The notes below the pieces were generated by a model, which ran no database searches, was not told where the DNA came from, and worked only from the letters and a program-made list of their open reading frames with translations. Position numbers and translations under genes: made by a program. A stretch of DNA of 64,000 nucleotides. Origin: an uncultured bacterium. Its GTDB lineage: Bacteria; Verrucomicrobiota; Verrucomicrobiia; Limisphaerales; UBA8199. This document shows positions 58,108 through 64,000 of the stretch, piece after piece (the first letter of the stretch is position 1; every line of letters starts with the position of its first letter). The stretch covers positions 384,001 through 448,000 of the forward strand of contig CAVVMW010000006.1 of the NCBI GenBank assembly GCA_963749495.1. The letters are read 5' to 3'.

Positions 58108-60297
58108 TCAGTATTGAAAACTCACCACTTCGTGAATGTCCTGGATGAGCACTTCAACCTTGCGGCCCGAGCGATGCAGTTGGGTGGAACTGTTAAACGC
58201 CTTCGCTCGCTTGGGCCGGTCGAGCAGTGTGATGGTGGCGCGATAAAGCGGCGCGTCCTCTATGAGGCCAGGCAACACGTAGGGCCGGTTTTTCACGGGC
58301 ATCGTTTGCGGCGGCGCGTTGTAAGCAACGAAATGGACCCGCAGGGTGCGTGTGGCCGGGTCGTCCGTGACTACCGTTTCGACGTTCGCAGGCGCGGTGA
58401 CTTCAACGCGGGGAGCCGGGTGAAGAAAACGCACAGCGTTGCGAAGCAGCTTCCGGTCCTCGACGAGATGATGTTCGCTGGCGGTCGCAAAGTCTGGGGA
58501 ACCGGCGAAGGTCAGCACCGTGCCATTGCCCAGTTGGTTGAGCAGGATGGCCGGGCCCACGGGAGCCTCCGCGCTCATCGGCCATTCCGTGCCCTCTTTG
58601 CCCTGCTGCTGACGCACGGTGCGATACGGCTTCATCAACTCACCGACCGGCGCTGCGGAAGCCGCCTCATAGACGACTGCGGGGCCTTTGACCAGCAAGG
58701 GCCAATCCAGGCGTCCGCGCGCTGCAAACGGGCACTTGCGAGTCGAGGCCTGCGAACTGGGAAAGCGCACCCAGTTGTCCAGCGAATCCAGTTGGCTGAC
58801 GAATCGCGCACCGGTCAGCGATTCGATGCAGGACTTGCCCCGAACCCTGCCCCAGCGATCACAGCAACCGCTTAACCCCGTCACAACCAGGTTGCCTCCT
58901 TCACTGACGTAGCGACGGAGCAGTTCGACCTCCGCGTCAGACAGGATGCCCACGTTCGGCAGCATGACGACAGGGAACTGTTTGAGGGTCCGCAGCGTGA
59001 CGTTCTCGTCGAGAATCACGCCCCAGGGGATGTGCTCATAAACCAGCGCCTTGTGGGCTCCCAGGAAGCTCTGGAACCAGACCTCCGGGTTCTCCCGCCC
59101 GACCCAATCGCGCGTGCGGCTGCTGAAGTAGAGGCCAACCTCGGCGACGGGCTGTTGGCCGAAGTGCGCCCGGCGCGCGAGCGCATCCGCACACGCCTCG
59201 CCGATGCGCTCGTAGGCGAGCGGATCCAGGCCTCCGTCGAACGCCGTCTTGTCCACGACGGTCACAAACGCGCCATGAGCCAGCAACGTGAGCAATTCCC
59301 AGCGCAAGTCCGCAAGTGGGCGCACCGTCTGATTGTGGTAAAGCCGCGCGTCCCGTGAGATGGCCACTTGCACCGGCCGGCCCGGCGTTGCGGCGCGGTA
59401 GAACTCAGCGTTCAGCCCGACGGTCATCGCGCTGAATCCCCACATGCCGGTTTCGCCGGTGACAAAGTCGCCGTTGTTGGCGTGGCGCACCGGCAACTGG
59501 CCCACTTCCCACGAAAACGGGGGGTTGCCATGGTAGTTGAAGTCCACGGACGCTCCCGGATTCAGCGATTTGATGTGGGCGCAGAGCGACTGCTCGAAAC
59601 GGTCGCTCGCCTGGTAGCGGAATTCGAGCATCCGCTCCCAGTCTTGGTCCCACAGGACGCCATGGGGCATGGCCCTGCCGAACTGCTTTTTGAAGAGCGC
59701 CTGACAGTTCGTGCACCAGCAGCCGTAAGGCGGGCCGAAGCCTTGGTCGAGCATGTTGATATGGAAGCCGTCGATTCCGCAGGCAAGTTGCTCGGCGACG
59801 ATTTGCTTCATCGCCTGGAGATAGCCGGAGTTGAGGCAGAAGCGGTTGATGGGCGTGCCGTCCGAGCCGCGCATTCCCCATTCGGGATGCGCTTCCAGGA
59901 AATGACCGGCCTGCTGAACGACACAGTAAGCGATCACAGGCAACCGATGCTTGCGCGCCTCGTCCACGGCGTCGCGCAGCGGGTCGCGTGTGCCCAGACC
60001 CGGCGCCTTGGGCAAGACCTGCGAGTCGTAGTAGGCAAAATCCCCATCGCGCGCCCAGAGCACGACATATTCGCAATGGGCCGCCACGGCCCGGCGGACA
60101 ATCTCGCGTCCGTCAAACCGGGCACAGTAGCGCACATCGTTCGGGTCGCTATAGCCGAACTGCGCGCCGGTGGGGCCAACCTCCAAGCCGACGAGGCTGC
60201 GCTGAAACCACGGCGCTGCCGTCGCGGCGTTTCCGCGAGGGAACCCGCCGAGAACCGCAAATGTCAGCAATGCCAGATGAGCCAACCGTTGATCCAT
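58108..60297 (-). CDS. Glycoside-hydrolase-like TIM-barrel protein with a beta-galactosidase trimerisation-like domain
   Basis: Signal peptide, CWCTNCQ, HPEW, CLNSGY and RYVSEGGNLVVTG. Confidence 0.72.
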   Translation of the reverse strand: MDQRLAHLALLTFAVLGGFPRGNAATAAPWFQRSLVGLEVGPTGAQFGYSDPNDVRYCARFDGREIVRRAVAAHCEYVVLWARDGDFAYYDSQVLPKAPGLGTRDPLRDAVDEARKHRLPVIAYCVVQQAGHFLEAHPEWGMRGSDGTPINRFCLNSGYLQAMKQIVAEQLACGIDGFHINMLDQGFGPPYGCWCTNCQALFKKQFGRAMPHGVLWDQDWERMLEFRYQASDRFEQSLCAHIKSLNPGASVDFNYHGNPPFSWEVGQLPVRHANNGDFVTGETGMWGFSAMTVGLNAEFYRAATPGRPVQVAISRDARLYHNQTVRPLADLRWELLTLLAHGAFVTVVDKTAFDGGLDPLAYERIGEACADALARRAHFGQQPVAEVGLYFSSRTRDWVGRENPEVWFQSFLGAHKALVYEHIPWGVILDENVTLRTLKQFPVVMLPNVGILSDAEVELLRRYVSEGGNLVVTGLSGCCDRWGRVRGKSCIESLTGARFVSQLDSLDNWVRFPSSQASTRKCPFAARGRLDWPLLVKGPAVVYEAASAAPVGELMKPYRTVRQQQGKEGTEWPMSAEAPVGPAILLNQLGNGTVLTFAGSPDFATASEHHLVEDRKLLRNAVRFLHPAPRVEVTAPANVETVVTDDPATRTLRVHFVAYNAPPQTMPVKNRPYVLPGLIEDAPLYRATITLLDRPKRAKAFNSSTQLHRSGRKVEVLIQDIHEVVSFQY

Positions 60298-60546
60298 AGG
60301 CGCTGAGTTTGACCAAACAAACGTGGGAATGCAAATACCGTGGCGTCTGTGAGGAGGAGGGGCTTCTCGCTGGGCGTAAATCGCTTGAGTCTTTCCGGCG
60401 CTCAAGAGCGAGGCTTGGCGGCCAAGTCCGCAACCTCGATCCCTGTAAATGCCAGACAATCGAAGGAACGTCAAGCTGGACCAAGAGTTGACGCCGCCTC
60501 GAAACCGGTTAGGGTACCCGTGGGAATGACTGCCAAAATCATTGCG

Positions 60547-61617
60547 ATGAACATCCGGCAGGCGACACGGCAGTATGAAGCATGGCTGGCCGGGCACGTC
60601 CGCGTGGTCAAGAGCGATCTGGGCGCCAAGCACGAGTTGATGGCGCAGGATGCGTTTTCATTCCTCCGCGCCACGTTCTACCGCTGGGTGCAGCTCTTCC
60701 CGGCGCTTTGTCCGGAGCCCGCCGGCGCACCCGCGGTGCTGGCGGTCGGGGATTTGCACGTCGAGAATTACGGCACCTGGCGCGATGCCGAGGGCCGGCT
60801 GGTGTGGGGCATCAATGATTTCGATGAGGCGTTTGCGTTGCCGTACACGATTGATCTGGTGCGGCTGGCCGCCAGCGCATGGCTGGCCATCGAGGTTGGT
60901 CATTTGTCGTTCGCCCCGGCCGGGGCTTGCGCCGCGATTCTGGAGGGTTACACGGAAGGCTTGGAGGATGGCGGTGAACCGTTCGTGCTTTCCGAGAAGC
61001 ATCCCTTGCTGCGCGAAGCAGTCACCAGCCGGCTGCGCGATCCGACAGTCTTCTGGGAAAAACTCGCGGCCCTGCCAACGATGCGGCCTGTGCCGGCGAG
61101 GGTGATGGCGATGCTCAAACAGGCCATGCCGGAACGCGGCCTCCCTTTCCGTGTGGCGCATCGGCGGGCGGGGCTGGGGAGCCTGGGCCGGGAGCGGTTC
61201 ACCGCCATTGCCGAATGGCGCGGCGGCAACATCGCGCGGGAGGCGAAGGCGTTGCTGCCGTCGGCCTGTGTCTGGGCGGCTGGATTGGCGAACACCGAGA
61301 TCTATTATTCGCGGATGCTGACAAACGCCGTCCGCGCGCCGGATCCGTTTCTCGCGGTGAATAGCGGGTGGGTGTTGCGGCGGTTGTCGCCGGACTGCAG
61401 CCGGATTGAGTTGTGGCAGTTGCCGCGCAGCCATGATGAAGAGAAGCTCCTGCGGGCCATGGGGCGGGAACTGGCGAACGTCCATTTGGGCACGAGCCGG
61501 GCCGTGGCAGCGCTCCGGCGGGATTTGCCGCGGCGCAAATCGAATTGGCTGCGCCAAGCCGCCGAGGTGATGGTGGAGGCCACACTCAAAGATTGGAAGA
61601 AATGGCAGGAACAATGA
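60547..61617 (+). CDS. DUF2252 family protein (kinase-like fold)
   Basis: FSFLRATF, GDLHVENYG, INDFDEA, DLVRLAAS and AGLGSLGR. Confidence 0.85.
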   Translation: MNIRQATRQYEAWLAGHVRVVKSDLGAKHELMAQDAFSFLRATFYRWVQLFPALCPEPAGAPAVLAVGDLHVENYGTWRDAEGRLVWGINDFDEAFALPYTIDLVRLAASAWLAIEVGHLSFAPAGACAAILEGYTEGLEDGGEPFVLSEKHPLLREAVTSRLRDPTVFWEKLAALPTMRPVPARVMAMLKQAMPERGLPFRVAHRRAGLGSLGRERFTAIAEWRGGNIAREAKALLPSACVWAAGLANTEIYYSRMLTNAVRAPDPFLAVNSGWVLRRLSPDCSRIELWQLPRSHDEEKLLRAMGRELANVHLGTSRAVAALRRDLPRRKSNWLRQAAEVMVEATLKDWKKWQEQ

Positions 61618-61620
61618 AGA

Positions 61621-62379
61621 ATGGCTTGCGAAATGTGCTTATCTGACCAGGGGTCGCTTCCGGCCGGATCAGGGCAGTTTACGACGACGCATTGGACGGT
61701 CGTCCTCCAAGCGGGGGAAGGCGGATCGGCCGAGGCGCATGAGGCCCTGTCGAGGCTCTGTCAAACCTATTGGCCTCCCCTTTATGCGTTTATTCGGAGG
61801 GAAGGCTACGGCCCGCATGATGCGCAGGACTTGGCGCAGGAATTCTTCTATCGTTTTCTGCAAAGAGGTTCTTTGGCCGATGTGAATCCCCGGGCGGGGA
61901 GGTTTCGTTCCTTCCTGCTGGCTTGCCTGAAGCACTTTCTGGCGAATGAACGAGAGCACGCCAGCTCGCAACGGCGCGGCGGCGGCCGCCCGGTCATCCC
62001 CCTGGAGGGCGGCGAGGCCGAGACGCGGTATTCGCTGGAGCCCGCTGACAATATCACGCCGGAGGTCTTGTTCGACCGGCAGTGGGCCTTCACGGTGCTG
62101 GAGCGGACGTTGGAGGCGCTGCGGCAAGAGTGTGGCCGACAGGACAAGGGAGTTGCGTTCGAGGAATTGGAGGGCTTTCTGCCTCGTGGCCGGGGCAGCG
62201 CCTCCCGAGTCGAACTGGCAGCCAAACACGGCATCAAGGTGAACGCGGTCAATGTGGCGATTCATCGGCTGCGCCAGCGCTTCGGTGCTCTGCTGCGCCA
62301 ACAGGTGGCCGGGACGGTTTCTTCCGAAGGCGAGGTGGATGAAGAAATCCGCTACCTGATCTCGGTTCTGGGTGCGTGA
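61621..62379 (+). CDS. ECF sigma factor of the kinase-associated type
   Basis: FTTTHWTVV, LCQTYWPPLYAFIRR, AQDLAQEFF, GRFRSFL and VAIHRLRQRF. Confidence 0.9.
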   Translation: MACEMCLSDQGSLPAGSGQFTTTHWTVVLQAGEGGSAEAHEALSRLCQTYWPPLYAFIRREGYGPHDAQDLAQEFFYRFLQRGSLADVNPRAGRFRSFLLACLKHFLANEREHASSQRRGGGRPVIPLEGGEAETRYSLEPADNITPEVLFDRQWAFTVLERTLEALRQECGRQDKGVAFEELEGFLPRGRGSASRVELAAKHGIKVNAVNVAIHRLRQRFGALLRQQVAGTVSSEGEVDEEIRYLISVLGA

Positions 62380-62390
62380 GACAGTTCGCC

Positions 62391-62417
62391 TGTAAGGTTT
62401 GCGCACAATTCCGTCTG
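62391..62417 (+). promoter_or_regulatory. Candidate ECF-type promoter (TGTAAG-15 nt-CGTCTG)
   Basis: Lies between the ECF stop and the kinase ATG. Confidence 0.35.
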
Positions 62418-62423
62418 TAAGGA

Positions 62424-64000
62424 ATGGCCGTGGTTTCTGAGAACAAATGCAAAGAGTGCGGCGCGGTCATCCCGAGCGGCAGCCCGGGCAACCTTTGTGG
62501 GAAGTGTCTGCTGAGCCTGGGGCTGGAAGCGGCGCAAGGGGTGATAGATGCCACCGCCCTGGACGGTGAATCTGAAGCCCAGGCCCAAGCCGGCAGGTTG
62601 GCGGGCAACTCCATCGAGCCATCGTTGCAGGCCCCCGGTCCCGTCGAAACGGTCGTGGTGAATCCTCCGCCGACTGAGGGACCTGGCGATAAGATCGGCC
62701 GGTACAAGTTGCTTGAGAAAATTGGCGAAGGCGGTTTTGGGACGGTCTATGTGGCCGAGCAGAAGGAGCCCGTCAAACGCCGCGTCGCGCTCAAAGTCAT
62801 CAAGCTCGGCATGGACACCCGGCAGGTGGTGGCCCGATTCGAAGCCGAAAGGCAGGCCCTGGCGCTCATGGACCACGCCAACATCGCCAAGATCTTCGAT
62901 GGCGGCGCAACGGCCTCCGGCCGGCCTTATTTCGTCATGGAGCTGGTGCGGGGCACTCCCATCACCCAGTATTGCGACGCCAACCACCTGCCGCCCTTCA
63001 AGCGGCTGGGGCTGTTCATCCAGGTTTGCCGGGCGATCCAGCACGCACACCAAAAAGGGGTCATCCACCGCGACATCAAGCCGTCGAACATCCTGGTCAC
63101 GCTGCACGATGGCGTGCCTGTGCCCAAGGTGATCGATTTCGGCATCGCCAAGGCGACGCAAGCCGACCTGACGGACAAGACGGTCTATACCCAGTTCCAG
63201 CAATTCGTGGGCACGCCGGCGTATATGAGCCCGGAGCAGGCGGAGATGAGCGGGTTGGACATCAACACGCGCAGCGACATCTACAGCCTGGGGGTCCTGC
63301 TCTACGAGTTGTTAGTGGGCGCGACACCCTTCAACCCCAGGGACCTGCTGGCCCGGGGGCTGGACGAGATGCGGCGGACCATCCGGGAGACGGAGCCCAT
63401 ACGCCCCTCAACCCGGCTGCGCAGCATGACGCAGGAGGAATTGACGACGGCGGCGGAGCGGCGCGGGGCCGACGCGCCCAAGCTCATCGGCCTGCTGCGG
63501 GGCGACCTGGACTGCGTCGTGATGAAGTGCCTGGAGAAGGACCGGACCCGGCGTTACGAGACGGTGAACGGGCTGGCGATGGACATCCAACGCCACCTGG
63601 ACAACGAACCGGTGGTGGCCCGCCCGCCCAGCGCGGCTTACCGGCTGCGGAAGTTCGCCCGGCGGAACAAGGTGACGGTTACGGCCGCGGCCATTGTGGC
63701 CGCGGTGCTCGTGTTGGGCATCTTTGCGAGCACGTGGGAGGCGATCCGGGCGAGGCGCGCGGAACGGACGCAAACCCGTTTGAGCGGAGAGGCGCAGAAA
63801 GCGCAGGAGCGCGAACAGATCCAGGCCCGCAGGGCCCGCGAGCAACTCCTTCGTTTATCGGTCGCCAATGGGGTGCGGCTGGAGAAGGAGGGCGACTTGA
63901 CGGGGGCGCTGCTTTGGTTTGCCCAATCGCTGCGCCGCGTCGAAGGAGACCCGGACCAGGAGCGGGTCCATCGGCTCCGGTATGCCTCAGTCCTGCAGCA
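62424..64000 (+). CDS. Ser/Thr protein kinase with N-terminal CxxC...CxxC, 3'-truncated by the window edge
   Basis: CKECG...[35 protein letters not shown] and a TM helix; no stop before base 64000. Confidence 0.92.
   Translation, partial: MAVVSENKCKECGAVIPSGSPGNLCGKCLLSLGLEAAQGVIDATALDGESEAQAQAGRLAGNSIEPSLQAPGPVETVVVNPPPTEGPGDKIGRYKLLEKIGEGGFGTVYVAEQKEPVKRRVALKVIKLGMDTRQVVARFEAERQALALMDHANIAKIFDGGATASGRPYFVMELVRGTPITQYCDANHLPPFKRLGLFIQVCRAIQHAHQKGVIHRDIKPSNILVTLHDGVPVPKVIDFGIAKATQADLTDKTVYTQFQQFVGTPAYMSPEQAEMSGLDINTRSDIYSLGVLLYELLVGATPFNPRDLLARGLDEMRRTIRETEPIRPSTRLRSMTQEELTTAAERRGADAPKLIGLLRGDLDCVVMKCLEKDRTRRYETVNGLAMDIQRHLDNEPVVARPPSAAYRLRKFARRNKVTVTAAAIVAAVLVLGIFASTWEAIRARRAERTQTRLSGEAQKAQEREQIQARRAREQLLRLSVANGVRLEKEGDLTGALLWFAQSLRRVEGDPDQERVHRLRYASVLQ

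Overview
High-GC bacterial chromosome segment. Gene content (GloVer-type repeat protein, EPxYxG HEAT proteins, WD40 Ser/Thr kinases, ECF-kinase pair) suggests Verrucomicrobia subdivision 3; this is an inference. Core genes are mdh, tsaB-tsaE-thiL, ispG-rseP-dxr-cdsA, glcF-like, glpF-like and rhaT-like. They are mixed with carbohydrate-active and secreted proteins, two ECF sigma modules, an intact-looking IS (35011-36368) and a decayed four-gene serine-recombinase element (about 21741-24450). The most striking feature is a dense, layered set of small repeats: period-7, 8, 9 and 12 tandem arrays in inverted pairs, several REP-like hairpin families and TIR-bounded MITEs. These nest inside each other, act as landing sites for the IS and the recombinase element, and sit in frame inside at least five proteins, including the t6A ATPase TsaE. 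About 8-9 single-base frameshifts and several GAC>AAC changes at conserved Asp codons cluster partly at TCGA, which looks like a long-read or base-modification error footprint rather than real pseudogenes. No rRNA, tRNA or CRISPR array was seen. All calls come from reading the sequence by eye; no database searches were run.
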